NCBI GenBank assembly: GCA_963715985.1
Contig: CAVQSP010000014.1
Coordinates: 576,001-640,000, forward strand
Length of the DNA: 64,000 nucleotides
Origin: an uncultured Thermoleophilia bacterium
Lineage (GTDB): Bacteria > Actinomycetota > Thermoleophilia > UBA2241
Reading direction: 5' to 3'
Positions 1-9,916 of this stretch are shown piece after piece. Every line of letters begins with the position of its first letter. Positions within the stretch are counted from its first letter, which is position 1. A program made the translations under genes and the position numbers. The notes under the pieces are model-generated. The model was given only the letters and a program-made list of their open reading frames with translations. It ran no database searches and was not told the DNA's origin.

Positions 1-1489
1 TCCCTGGACGTGCGCACGGGGCAGATCGTCGCCCTCATCGGGCCGAACGGCGCCGGCAAAACGACACTGTTCAATGTGATCAGCAGGCTGCAGCGTGCCT
101 CCGGCGGGCAGGTCTGGCTCGGCGGCGAGGAGATCACCCACATGTCGCCGGCGGCGAGCGCCCGCCTGGGGATGGCTCGTACCTTCCAGAACCTGCGCAT
201 CTTCGAGAACATGGACGTCCTCGAGAACGTCCTCGTCGGGTGTCACCGGCACGAGAGGGCGGGGCTGATCGCGGGCGGGCTCGGCCTGCCGAAGCAGCGC
301 CGCGAGGAGGAGGGCCTCCAGGGCCCGCGCCTTGGATGCTCTGCGACTGGTCGGCCTCGATGCCAACGCGCACCAGCCGGCAGCGAGTCTGCCCTACGGG
401 CAGCAGCGCTTGGTGGAGATCGCCCGGGCGCTGGCGTCGGAGCCGCGCCTGCTCCTGCTGGACGAGCCGGCCGCCGGCATGAACGCGGCCGAGCGCGAGT
501 ACCTGGTCGACCGCATCCGCCGCATCCGCGAAGCGGGCGTCACGGTGCTGCTCGTAGAGCACGACATCGAACTCGTGATGGGTCTGTGCGACTGGGTCAC
601 CGTGCTCGACTACGGCCGGCTGATCGCCGACGGCGTGCCGGACGACGTGAAGAAGGATCCGGCCGTCATCGAGGCGTACCTCGGCGTGGGCCACGAGGGC
701 GTGGGCGACGAGTGCGGCGACCTCAGCGCCGCGCAGGTCGCGATCGCCGCGAAGCTTCCGACACGCCGGCTGCCGAGGGCCTCCTGGAGGTCCGCGGCGC
801 TCTCGACCCGCTACGGCGCCATCCACGCCCTTCAAGATGTGTCGCTCGACGTGTCCAAGGGCGAGATCGTCGCCGTCCTCGGAGCCAACGGCGCCGGCAA
901 GACCACGCTGCTTCACACCATCTCGGGCGTGTTGCGCCCGAGCGCCGGATCCATCACCTACGCGGGCGCGAACATCACCAGGCTCGCCCCCTCGAAGATC
1001 GTCGGCCGCGGCGTCTGCCAGGTGCCCGAGGGACGCCGGCTCTTCCCGTCGCTCTCGGTCGAGGACAATCTGCTCCTGGGCGCCTCGGGGCGCCGCTCGC
1101 GAGACAGCGTGCCCGACGACCTCGCCTACGTCTACGACCTGTTCCCGGTGCTTGCGGATCGTCGCGCCCAGCACGCTGGGACGTTGTCCGGCGGCGAGCA
1201 GCAGATGGTCGCCATCGGCAGGGCGTTGATGGGCAAGCCCGACCTGCTGTTGTTGGACGAGCCGTCCATGGGGCTCGCTCCGCTGGCAGTGGAGCGGATC
1301 TTCGAAGCGCTCAAGGCGCTCAACGACCAAGGCCTCACCATGCTGATGGTGGAGCAGAACGCGGAGATGGCGTTTTCAGTGGCCGATCGTGCCGTCGTGC
1401 TGCAGACCGGATCGGTGGCCCTCACGGGTCTCACGACCGACTTGCGACGGGACGAGCGCGTGAGGGAGTGCTACCTGGGTCAGGCCTGA
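1..1489 (+). CDS. Branched-chain amino acid-type ABC ATPase, apparent LivG-LivF fusion; 5' truncated by the window edge, with indel frameshifts
   Basis: Walker A GPNGAGKTT in the 10..1509 frame. After a shift near 320, the 332..1489 frame has LPYGQQR, LLLLDEPAAG and IEAYLG (LivG end), then a second GANGAGKTT, LSGGEQQM, LLLLDEPSMG and ECYLG (LivF). Confidence 0.85.
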
Positions 1490-1535
1490 CCCGCAGCTCT
1501 TGTCAGTGAACAGGGAATCAACACAAGGGGGAGCG

Positions 1536-2788
1536 ATGAAGCAAACGCAAGTGGATGGTGGTGCGCTCGTGGCGCTGCTCGTGCATCGCCGGCCGGCCCT
1601 CGTCCTCGGCGGCTGCGGCAGTTCCGAGGGAGTCGGGTGACGGCTCGAGCGCGTCGGCGTCGCCGGCCGCCGCCGCGCACGCATGAAGGTCGGCTTCGTC
1701 AACTCCGCGACCGGCGTGAGCGCGGCGCCCAACCAGTCGATCGTCGGGCTCGACGAGGGTCGCGGTCGACCAGATCAACGGCAGCCGGCGGCATCGACGG
1801 CAAGATGGACGATCGAGCTCCTCAGCAAGGACGACGGCTCGGACGTCGCCAAGGCGTCCGCCGCGGTCACCCAGCTGATCCAGCAGGACAAGGTGGACTT
1901 CATCCTCCAGCCGTGGGTCGACTTCATCGCCCCCGTCGCGCGCGGCATCGAAGAGAAGGCCGGCATGCCCGGCGTGCTCTCCTACGCTCCTCAGAAGGGC
2001 AAGGAGACCGAGGCGTTCAAGTGGACGTTCAGCAACGCGCAGGGCGCCAAGGACAACGCCGACGCGCTGGTCAAGGTCTTCGCCGACAAGGGCTGGAAGA
2101 ACGGTGGTCGGGGCCGCCGACGTGCTCACCATCCAGCAGGAGACGCTCGACTACGTCGCGGAGATGGCCCCCGCCGCAGGCATCACGTTCACCAGGCTCA
2201 AGCGACCAGTGGCCGCTCGACCAGACGGACTTCAGCGGCGTCGCGTCCAAGGTCGTCGCTGCCTGTGACAAGGCCAAAGCGGACGCGCTCTGCCTGATGG
2301 TGACGGCGCCGCAGGCCGACGCCTTCATGAAGGCCCTCAAGGGCGCCGGGCTGGACATCCCGGTCATCAGTGGTCCTACGCTCGCGTCGGCCATCCCGCT
2401 CTTCGCCCAGGGCACGGAGAACGTCGACGGCATGAACTTCATCGCCACCGCCGTCACGGCCGGGCCTCAGCTTCCGGACAGCTACCCCGGCAAGCCGATG
2501 ATCGCCGGCATGTACGAGGCCGTCATGGCCGAGACCAACGCCCCGCCGGACACCTTCGCCGGGTGGGCCGCCGACGCCGTCAACCTGATGGCTGAGGCCG
2601 TCACGAAGGCCGGCAGCACCGACAAGGCCGCCGTCCGTGACGCCTTCGAGTCCATCACCGACTTCCAGGGCCTGTCCGGCGTCTATAGCTACTCCGCCAC
2701 CGATCACGTGGGCATCCACGGCCAGATGTGGCTGTTCCAGATCAAGAACGGCGAGTACGTCCTCCAGGGCGACGCACCCGTCAACTGA
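1536..2788 (+). CDS. ABC substrate-binding lipoprotein, LivK/Peripla_BP_6 family (frameshifted)
   Basis: GGGGAG RBS then ATG at 1536. Lipobox-like LVLGGCGSS, then MKVGFVNSATG, KDDGSDVAKASAAVTQLIQQDKVD, TDFSGVASKV and FQGLSGVYSYSATDH are spread across frames. Confidence 0.8.
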
Positions 2789-2797
2789 GTACCTGCC

Positions 2798-2832
2798 GGC
2801 TCCGGGAGGGCGCGATGCGCCCTCCCGGAGCC
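2798..2832 (+). terminator. GC-rich hairpin after the SBP gene (terminator or mRNA stabiliser)
   Basis: Perfect 16-bp stem GGCTCCGGGAGGGCGC-gat-GCGCCCTCCCGGAGCC; no U-tract. Confidence 0.6.
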
Positions 2833-2904
2833 CCCATCGTGCCGCCGATCGACGCGCGGCACGAGGCCTGGCCGCAGGCATGACTGTCACCCAAAGGGAG
2901 CAAC

Positions 2905-3835
2905 GTGCGCGCGCTGACTATCGGGGAGCTTGAGCAGGAGTCCGGGGTCCCGAGGCACACGATCTACTACTACGTCCGCACGGGGCTGCTCCCGCCGGCG
3001 CAGAAGGCCAGCCCCAGCCGCGCCCTGTACACGGACGACCATCTGGAACTGCTGCGGGACATCGAAGCGCTCAGACGGCAGGGCCTGCGGCGGTCGGCCA
3101 TCAGATCGAGGCTCGAGCCCAGGCTGCGCGCCGCCGGCGAGAACGGCGTCGACCTTGTGGCCAGACGTGAGGAAGAGACCCGTCAGGCCATCCTGGCCGC
3201 CGCTGCACGCCGATTCGCCACCAAAGGGTACAGAGGCACGAGGATGCAGGACCTCGTAGCTGAGCTCGGCATCACACCGCAGGTCCTGTACGGGCAGTTC
3301 GCGACCAAGAGGGAGCTCTTCGTCGCCTGCTACAAGGTGGCCGTGTCCTATATGAACACGTTGCTGCGACCGCAGTTCGAGAGCGCGCAGGACCAGGCCG
3401 AGGTCCAGGTGTGGGGCATGTACGCCGACTCCGGCATCAAGGCGTTCGCGCCGAACCTCATGATGCTCGCCCTGGAGGCCGCGCAGCACGACGATGAGGC
3501 GCGGCGCGACCTGCGGGAGGCGTACGACACCATCCTGGCCAGTACGGTCGCGGACTTCCGAAGCATGCGCAGCTCGGAGACCGAACCTCCGTTCGCCGAC
3601 GAGCTCGTGACCCACGCCATCCTCGGCGCGTTCGAGCAGATGCTCGCCCGTGCCTCTCTCGACGACGAGTACACGTGGCGCGACTGCGTTCACAACGCTT
3701 TGGGCCTGTTTCTCGCGGTCAGGGCGGTCTACCAGGGCGAGATCGACCTCAGCTCGCTCACTGACACGCTATGGCGAGCTCCTCGACGAGGTAGCAGCAC
3801 TGCCTCCGCCGGTCCCGCAGGAGCTCAAGCCGTAG
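2905..3835 (+). CDS. MerR-HTH/TetR fusion transcriptional regulator, copy 1 (frameshift near 3765)
   Basis: N-terminal LTIGELEQESGVPRHTIYYYVRTGLLPP (MerR HTH), then TRQAILAAAARRFATKGYRGTRMQDLVAELGITPQVLYGQFATKRELF (TetR HTH). The C-terminus YGELLDEVAALPPPVPQELKP in the next frame matches copy 2. Confidence 0.85.
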
Positions 3836-3974
3836 AGGCGATGCGCCGGGCGGCTGCGGTCGCCTGCGGCCGCGGCAGCCGACCCACGGACCCACACTTC
3901 ACGCAGACGCACGGTGCCCCCGCGCACGCGAGGGACGCCATGAGACACAGCACCGACGACGGCAGGGAGGCCGC

Positions 3975-4627
3975 ATGTCCACCAGCTCACCGACGCCATC
4001 CTCGCCATGGATGAGCAGGGCGCGCTGAGGATCGTGAAGGAGCGTCTTGACGGGGGAGAGGCCCCCGAGGCGGTCCTCGACGACGCCCGCGCCGCGATGA
4101 CCACCCTCGGCGAGAAGTTCGCCTGCGAAGAGGCCTTCATCCCCGAGCTCATCATGGGCGGCGAGATCATGAAGGGCATCGCCGCCGAGCTCAAGCCGCG
4201 CATCACGACGCAGGACACGGCGGAGAAGCGCGGCACCGTCGTCATCGGCACGGTGCATGGCGACATCCACGACATCGGCAAGGACGTCGTCGTGATGATG
4301 CTCGAGGTCTCCGGCTACGACGTGCACGACCTCGGCGTCGACGTCCCCGTCGAGACGTTCGTCGCCGCGATCCGCGAGCACGCGGCGCAGGTCGTCGCGC
4401 TCTCCGGTCTGCTCACGCTCGCCTTCGACTCGATGAAGCACACGATCGACGGCATCGCCTCTGCCGGCCTGCGCGGCCAGGTCAAGATCATGATCGGCGG
4501 CTCGCCGGTGGACGCGCAGGTGTGCACCTACACCGGCGCCGACGGCTGGGGCCGCGACGCGGCCGCCGCCCTCGCGATGGCTGCCGAGTGGACCGCCGTC
4601 GCGGCGGGCCGTGGGGAGGAGTCGTGA
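3975..4627 (+). CDS. Corrinoid (B12-binding) methyl-carrier protein, MtbC/MttC-like
   Basis: Cap motif FIPELIMGG, B12-binding GTVHGDIHDIGK (DxHxxG), DLGVDVP, ALSGLLT, IMIGG. GGAGG RBS before ATG 3975 with a probable indel before 4007. Confidence 0.92.
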
Positions 4628-5883
4628 CCACGAACCTCGAGGGCACAGAGCTCGCCGCACGGCGTCTGAAGCTGTTCGAAGACGCGGTCGCCCTGCGCAA
4701 GCCGGACCGCGTCCCCCTGATGCCCCTGGCGCTCCAGTACTTCCACACCAGGGTGGCCGGCGTGTCGGACAAGGACGCCGGCTATGACGCGCAGCTGAAC
4801 TTCGCGTGCCTGCGCGACGCCACGGTCCGCTTCGGCTGGGACTGGGCACCTGGCATGGCGGTCCCGCCGTCCGGTTCGCTGCAGGCGCTCGGCTCCAGGC
4901 AGATCCGCTGGCCCGGCGGCGACCTGCCGGACGACGTGCAGTTCCAGTGGGTGGAGGGGGAGTACCTCAAAGCCGACGAGTACGACGCATTCCTCTCGGA
5001 CCCGACGCGCTTCACCCTGCACACGTTGTGGCCGCGCATCGCCGGCGCCTTCGGCGTGCTCGGCGAGCTGCCGCTGCCGCCCATCTGGTGGCTGAACACC
5101 ATGTACCTCCCGCTGGCCTGGGGGGCGCTGCTGGGAGCGCCCCCGATGACGGCGATGTTCGAGGCGCTGGCGGAGATGAGCCGGGACGCGGGCGCCTTCA
5201 TGGCGGCGTTCGGCCGCTTCATGGGGGAGATGGCGGCGATGGGCTATCCGGTGGCCTTCATCGCCGTCACCAAGGTGCCCTTCGACACCGTCTCCGACGA
5301 CTACCGCGGCCTGCGCGGCAGCACCACGGACCTGTACCGGCAGCCGGAGAAGCTGCAGGCTCTGATGGACATGCTGACGCCCATGGTCATCGGCCAGGCG
5401 ATCGGCGGCGCCAAAGGCAGCGGGAACCCACGGGTGTTCATCCCGCTGCACCGGGGCGCCGCCGGCTTCCTCAGTGACGAGCAGTTCGCCAAGTACTACT
5501 GGCCGGGGCTCAAGGCCGTCATCATGGCGCTGCTCGACGCCGGCCTGACGCCCTGCCCCTTCTTCGAGGGCGACTACACGCCGCGCCTCAAGTACCTCGC
5601 GGAGCTGCCCCCGGGCGTGGTGGCGGCGCACTTCGACCGCACCGACCGCAAGAAGTTCAAGGAGATCTGCGGTGACGTGCTGTGCTTCTGGGGCGACGTG
5701 CCCGGGTCGCTCATGGTCACCGGGAAGCCCGAGGAGGTCAAGGAGTACGTCAAAGGGCTGATCGACGACTTCGGCGACACCGGCGGGCTCATCATCGACG
5801 GCGCCAACTCGATCACCGAGGAGGCCAGGCCGGAGAACGTGATGGCGCTGCGCGAGGCGGTGGACGAGTACGGGATCCTCTGA
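4624..5883 (+). CDS. Uroporphyrinogen decarboxylase/MtaA-CmuA superfamily protein (probable corrinoid methyltransferase), copy 1
   Basis: KPDRVP, PFDTVSDDYRG, DLYRQPEK, FLSDEQFAKYYWP, CFWGDVP, GKPEEVKEYVKGLID, ARPENV; start overlaps the corrinoid gene stop. Confidence 0.85.
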   Translation: MTTNLEGTELAARRLKLFEDAVALRKPDRVPLMPLALQYFHTRVAGVSDKDAGYDAQLNFACLRDATVRFGWDWAPGMAVPPSGSLQALGSRQIRWPGGDLPDDVQFQWVEGEYLKADEYDAFLSDPTRFTLHTLWPRIAGAFGVLGELPLPPIWWLNTMYLPLAWGALLGAPPMTAMFEALAEMSRDAGAFMAAFGRFMGEMAAMGYPVAFIAVTKVPFDTVSDDYRGLRGSTTDLYRQPEKLQALMDMLTPMVIGQAIGGAKGSGNPRVFIPLHRGAAGFLSDEQFAKYYWPGLKAVIMALLDAGLTPCPFFEGDYTPRLKYLAELPPGVVAAHFDRTDRKKFKEICGDVLCFWGDVPGSLMVTGKPEEVKEYVKGLIDDFGDTGGLIIDGANSITEEARPENVMALREAVDEYGIL

Positions 5884-5930
5884 GGAGCCGGCCCGGCGGT
5901 CCGGCCGCATCGCGCCGGTCCAACGACGAC

Positions 5931-5965
5931 AACGGGAGGGGCGCCGAGAAGGCGCCCCTCCCGTT
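5931..5965. terminator. Probable bidirectional terminator between convergent genes
   Basis: Perfect 15-bp stem AACGGGAGGGGCGCC-gagaa-GGCGCCCCTCCCGTT. Confidence 0.7.
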
Positions 5966-5994
5966 CTGCGGTCTGGACTCGGAAAGGTGCTGAG

Positions 5995-7119
5995 CTACTT
6001 TCCCTGTACCGAGTCCACCATCGCCTTGACGTTCTCGAACTTGGCGTTGGGCGGCAGCGCGCAGCCCATGGCCATGATGAAGCCGTCCGGTCCGACCTCC
6101 GTGAGCAAGCGGTCGCAGTAGGCCTTGACCTGGTCGACCGAGCCGAGCGTCAGGAGCGCGGGCGGCACATCGCCCATCAGGCACATGTGCCCGCGCAGGA
6201 TCTCCTTGGCGCGGAAGATGTCGGTAGCCCCGTCGGTCGCGAGGACGCAGGTGCGCGCGGGCAGCTCAAGCAGGCGCTCGATCTCGCGGTCCCAGCAGGC
6301 GTCGTAGTGCAGCATCGGGATGCCGCCCTCCTCCGCCACGATCTCCACGAGCTCCTTCATATACGGCCACACGAAGCGGTCCCAGAGCTTGGGGGAGAGG
6401 AACTGCGGCGCGGTGCGCCAGCTGCCGACCCAGTAGCCGAAGGGCCCGATGGCGCGGATCATCTGGCGGGTCTGCTCGCGCTTCTCGGCCATGATGGCCT
6501 GCATCGCCGCCTCGACCTTGTCGGGCCTGGTGAACAGGTCCACGGTGAATTCCTTGATGCTCCGCCCGCCGCAGAGGTGTTCGTAGGGGTGGTCGACGGT
6601 CATGGCGCTGAACACCACGTAGCCGCGTCCCATGAACTCGCCGACCCAGCGCGGCGCCTTCTCCTGCATCGCCGCGCCGGCCGCTGCCGCATCGCCCAGG
6701 TACTGGCCGAGGTACTGGCCGAACCAGGGCCCCCAGCCCATCTCGACGATCCGGTCGTAGTCCTCCGGCTGGATGCGCACCTGCTCGTCCAGCTGCCACA
6801 GGGCGTCATCGGGGAGGTCGCGACCGGGGAGCTTCATCGGCGCGAGCCAGAGCATGCCGAGGATGGCCGGGGCGTAGGAGGCCCACTGCACGGAGTCGAC
6901 GTCGCCGAGCTTCTCCGTGGCGGCGAGCATCGTCTGGCCGGCGACGTCCAGGTCGGCGACGAACTCCGAGTACTTCACGCCCATGGTGTTGCAGGCGAAC
7001 GTGTCGAGCACCAGCGAGAGCGGCACGCGGTCGGGAGTGCCGCAGTGGATCGCTGTCTGGATGCGGCCCATCCGCTCGAGGAAGAGCGGGTTCGGAGGCG
7101 GTCCTTGCATCTCGGCCAT
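5995..7119 (-). CDS. Uroporphyrinogen decarboxylase/MtaA-CmuA superfamily protein, copy 2
   Basis: TPDRVP, DLFTRPDKV, FLSPKLWDRFVWPY, LHYD, MCLMGDVP, GFIMAMGC, AKFENV. Confidence 0.85.
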   Translation of the reverse strand: MAEMQGPPPNPLFLERMGRIQTAIHCGTPDRVPLSLVLDTFACNTMGVKYSEFVADLDVAGQTMLAATEKLGDVDSVQWASYAPAILGMLWLAPMKLPGRDLPDDALWQLDEQVRIQPEDYDRIVEMGWGPWFGQYLGQYLGDAAAAGAAMQEKAPRWVGEFMGRGYVVFSAMTVDHPYEHLCGGRSIKEFTVDLFTRPDKVEAAMQAIMAEKREQTRQMIRAIGPFGYWVGSWRTAPQFLSPKLWDRFVWPYMKELVEIVAEEGGIPMLHYDACWDREIERLLELPARTCVLATDGATDIFRAKEILRGHMCLMGDVPPALLTLGSVDQVKAYCDRLLTEVGPDGFIMAMGCALPPNAKFENVKAMVDSVQGK

Positions 7120-7120
7120 G

Positions 7121-7754
7121 TCAGCTCACTCCCAGCACGTTCTTGGCGACGACGACGCCGTCCTGAGCGGTCCCGCAGTAGTGGTCTGCGCCGACGTACT
7201 CGGGCGGCCTCTTCGGTCATGGGGCCGCCGCCGACGAGGATCGTCACCTTGTCGCGAAGACCGGCGCGCTCGATCGTCGCGATCGACTCCCTCATCGAGT
7301 CGAAGACGGTGGTGAGGAGCGCGGACATGCCGACCAGCGTGGCGCCGCTCTCGTTGATGGCGTCGACCCACGCTTGAGGGTCGACGTCCACGCCGAGATC
7401 GACGACGCGGATGCCGTTGGACGACAGCACCGTGCCGGCGATGTTCTTGCCGAACTCGTGGATGTCGTTCTTGACCGTGCCGAGCACGATGGTGCCGACG
7501 GCGTTCTGCGAGGCGCTCGCGAGCGCTTCCTGCAGCGGGGCGCCGGCCTGCTTGAAGATCTCGCCGGCGAAGATGAGCTCCGAGAGGTAGTACTCGCCGG
7601 CCTCGAAGCGGTCGCCGACGGCGCCCATCCCGGCCTGGAGCTCGTCCAGGACGGCCAGCGGTGCTTCGCCGGCGGCCAGCTTCTCCTTGACCAGGTCGGC
7701 GGCCTCACCCGCCTGCAGGTCGCTCACCGCCTGGGCGAGAGCTGAGAGTGTCAT
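7121..7754 (-). CDS. Corrinoid (B12-binding) protein, copy 2 (3' indels)
   Basis: YYLSELIFAG, GTVKNDIHEFGK, DLGVDV, GMSALLT, LVGGGP. GGAGG RBS before ATG 7754; ends VVVAKNVLGVS just upstream of the UroD-family start. Confidence 0.9.
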
Positions 7755-7775
7755 GGAACCTCCTTGATCGGTCAC

Positions 7776-7938
7776 CCGGCTCTTGGTGGTAGTAGATGAA
7801 ATGTGAAATAGAATGCTACCATGTACACCGCTACCAGCTTGAAGGTCAACACGTGTTGTCGCGAGGAAGACGCGGCGGAGAATGGCCTCGTGACATCGTC
7901 ACGAGCGGTCTCGACGGTGACGGAGCCGGGGGAGAGGC
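7776..7938. promoter_or_regulatory. AT-rich divergent promoter/operator region
   Basis: Perfect palindrome CAACACGTGTTG (7847-7858) overlapping a minus-strand TTGACC; GCTACCA at 7815 and 7830; TGGTAG at 7787. Confidence 0.5.
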
Positions 7939-8912
7939 GTGCGCGTCCTGACGATCGGTGAACTGGAGCGAGAGAGCGGGGTGCGCCGGCGGACGATCTA
8001 CTACTACGTCCGCCACGGCTGCTGCCGGAAGCGCAGAAGTCGAGCCCGAGCCGCGCGCTGTACACGGAGGACTACCTCGCGCTGCTGCGGGACATCGAGG
8101 CCATGCGCGGACAGGGTTTGAGGCCGGCGGAGGTGCGGTCGAGGCTCGCGGGGCGCGTGAGGGCGGCGGGCGACCACGAAGTGGACCTCGTCGCCCGCCG
8201 TGACAGGGAGACGCGGGACGCGATCCTGCGCGACTGCTACGCGCAGTTTCGCGCGCAAAGGGTACAAGGGCACGCGCATGGCCGACCTCGTGGCGGAGCT
8301 CGCCATCACTCCGCAGGTGCTGTACTCAGCACTTCGCCACGAAGCGGGACCTCTTCGTCGCCTGCTACAAAGTGGCCGTGAGGTACATGGCGGACTACTT
8401 GGCGCCACACTACGAGGACCTCGACGACCCCGGCGAGCGGCTGGTCTGGTACATGTACGCAGACTACGGCATCAAGGCGTTCGCGCCCGACATGTTCGCG
8501 CTGGCGCTGGAGTGCCGCCCAGCACGACGAGGAGGCTCGACGCGACCTGCGGGAGGCGTACGAGACGATCTTCCGCGAGCCGATCGCGGATCTGGAGCGG
8601 CTCCGCACGGTCCGACCGACGAACCCCCGATCTCCGACGAACTCATGAGCCACGGGCTCATGGGGGCGTTCGAGCAGATGCTCGCCCGCGCCACCCTCGA
8701 CGACAGGTACTCGTGGCGTGAGGTCGATGCGGACGGCGCTCGGCTTCTTCCTTGCGATGGCGGCGGCCTACCGGGGGGACGTTGGCCTGAGGGCGCTTCT
8801 CGCGCCGTACGACCAGCTTCTGGACGAGATCGCCGAGCTGCCGCCGCCAGTGCCGCCGGAACTCAGCAAGGAGCTTGACCAGTCGACCACTGCACACGCG
8901 AGGGAAGCCTGA
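7939..8912 (+). CDS. MerR-HTH/TetR fusion regulator, copy 2 (several frameshifts)
   Basis: LTIGELERESGVRRRTIYYYVRHG, FARKGYKGTRMADLVAELAITPQVLY, YADYGIKAFAPDM, GAFEQMLARATLDD, LLDEIAELPPPVP; colinear with copy 1. Confidence 0.82.
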
Positions 8913-8951
8913 TGCCCGTACCGCTCACCGACAGAGCGAGGGGAAGCCACG

Positions 8952-8975
8952 AAAAAGCCCCGCCGGGGCGGGGCT
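8952..8975 (-). terminator. Rho-independent terminator of rpmB
   Basis: Minus strand AGCCCCGCCCCGGCGGGGCT followed by a T run. Confidence 0.75.
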
Positions 8976-9021
8976 CACGTCACACGGGGACGAACCGGCG
9001 CAAGGCGCCGGCAACAGGCGA

Positions 9022-9213
9022 TCAGATGGCTTTGGTGACCTTGCCCGACTTGAGGCAGCGGGTGCAGACGTAGGCGTTCTGCGGGCGGCCGTCCTTGACG
9101 ATGCGGACGCGCTGCAGGTTGGGGTCGAAGCGGCGCTTGGTGTGGCGATGCGAGTGGCTCACGTTGTTGCCCATCGCGGGCCCCTTGCCGCAGGTCGAGC
9201 AGACTTTGGACAT
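9022..9213 (-). CDS. rpmB: 50S ribosomal protein L28 (Zn-binding C+ form)
   Basis: [34 protein letters not shown]...[11 protein letters not shown]. Confidence 0.97.
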   Translation of the reverse strand: MSKVCSTCGKGPAMGNNVSHSHRHTKRRFDPNLQRVRIVKDGRPQNAYVCTRCLKSGKVTKAI

Positions 9214-9328
9214 GGTGATTCCTCAGCTTGATTGGTCGACAGCTGCGCTAGTATGCTGCAGGCCGTCGGGCAACGCAAACGCGGGCCCACCTCACCGTCC
9301 GCACGAAGACCCGAACACGCGAGGCCGC

Positions 9329-9535
9329 ATGCCGACGTTCAACAAAGACATGTCGATCTTCGAGGCCCTCGCTTCCGACCCCCGCGCGCGGGCCGTCTTC
9401 GAGGGTCACGGCATGGCCTGCTGTCTCTGCCTCGGGGCCCAGTCCGAGAGCATCGAGGCGGGGGCCATTCTCCATCAGGTCGATCCCGAGGTCGTCGTGG
9501 GTGAACTCAACCGTCTCGGCAGCCAGGAAGCCTGA
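9329..9535 (+). CDS. DUF1858-type small Cys-rich protein
   Basis: MPTFNKDMSIFEAL...VFEGHGMACCLCLGAQSESIEAGAILHQVD; GAGG RBS. Confidence 0.8.
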   Translation: MPTFNKDMSIFEALASDPRARAVFEGHGMACCLCLGAQSESIEAGAILHQVDPEVVVGELNRLGSQEA

Positions 9536-9550
9536 CCGGGAGCGGCGGCG

Positions 9551-9916
9551 ATGTCCACCACAGATCTCAAGATCCCGTTCCGCTCACCCGACCTGGCCGG
9601 CGGCATCACCGTCGCCCATCAGGTCATCGCCAAGCTCGCGGGCAAGGCGGCACGCGCCACCTACGGCGTCGTCGCTATGCAGGAGCGGCCCATGCGCAAG
9701 CTCGCGCACCTGTTCCGCGGATCATTCACCGATGGCGTGGAAGTAGCCATCGAGGAGGGGAGGGCCAACATCGGCCTCCACGTGGTGATGGAGCGTGGCG
9801 TGAACCTCGCCCAGGTCACCTCGAACCTGCAGGAGCAGGTCCGCTACCAGGTCGGCCAGGTCTGCGGCGTGCCGCTCGGCGAGATCAGCGTGCGCGTCGA
9901 GGACCTCCAGGATTGA
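9551..9916 (+). CDS. Asp23/Gls24 family protein (YloU-like)
   Basis: VIAKLAGKAARATYGVVAM, IGLHVVMERGVNL, LQEQVRYQV; lies between rpmB and the DAK2 gene. Confidence 0.85.
   Translation: MSTTDLKIPFRSPDLAGGITVAHQVIAKLAGKAARATYGVVAMQERPMRKLAHLFRGSFTDGVEVAIEEGRANIGLHVVMERGVNLAQVTSNLQEQVRYQVGQVCGVPLGEISVRVEDLQD

Noticed and set aside
3836-3974. Cobalamin riboswitch upstream of corrinoid gene 1
   Set aside because: Only a GC hairpin (3851-3881); the conserved B12-box motifs are not seen.
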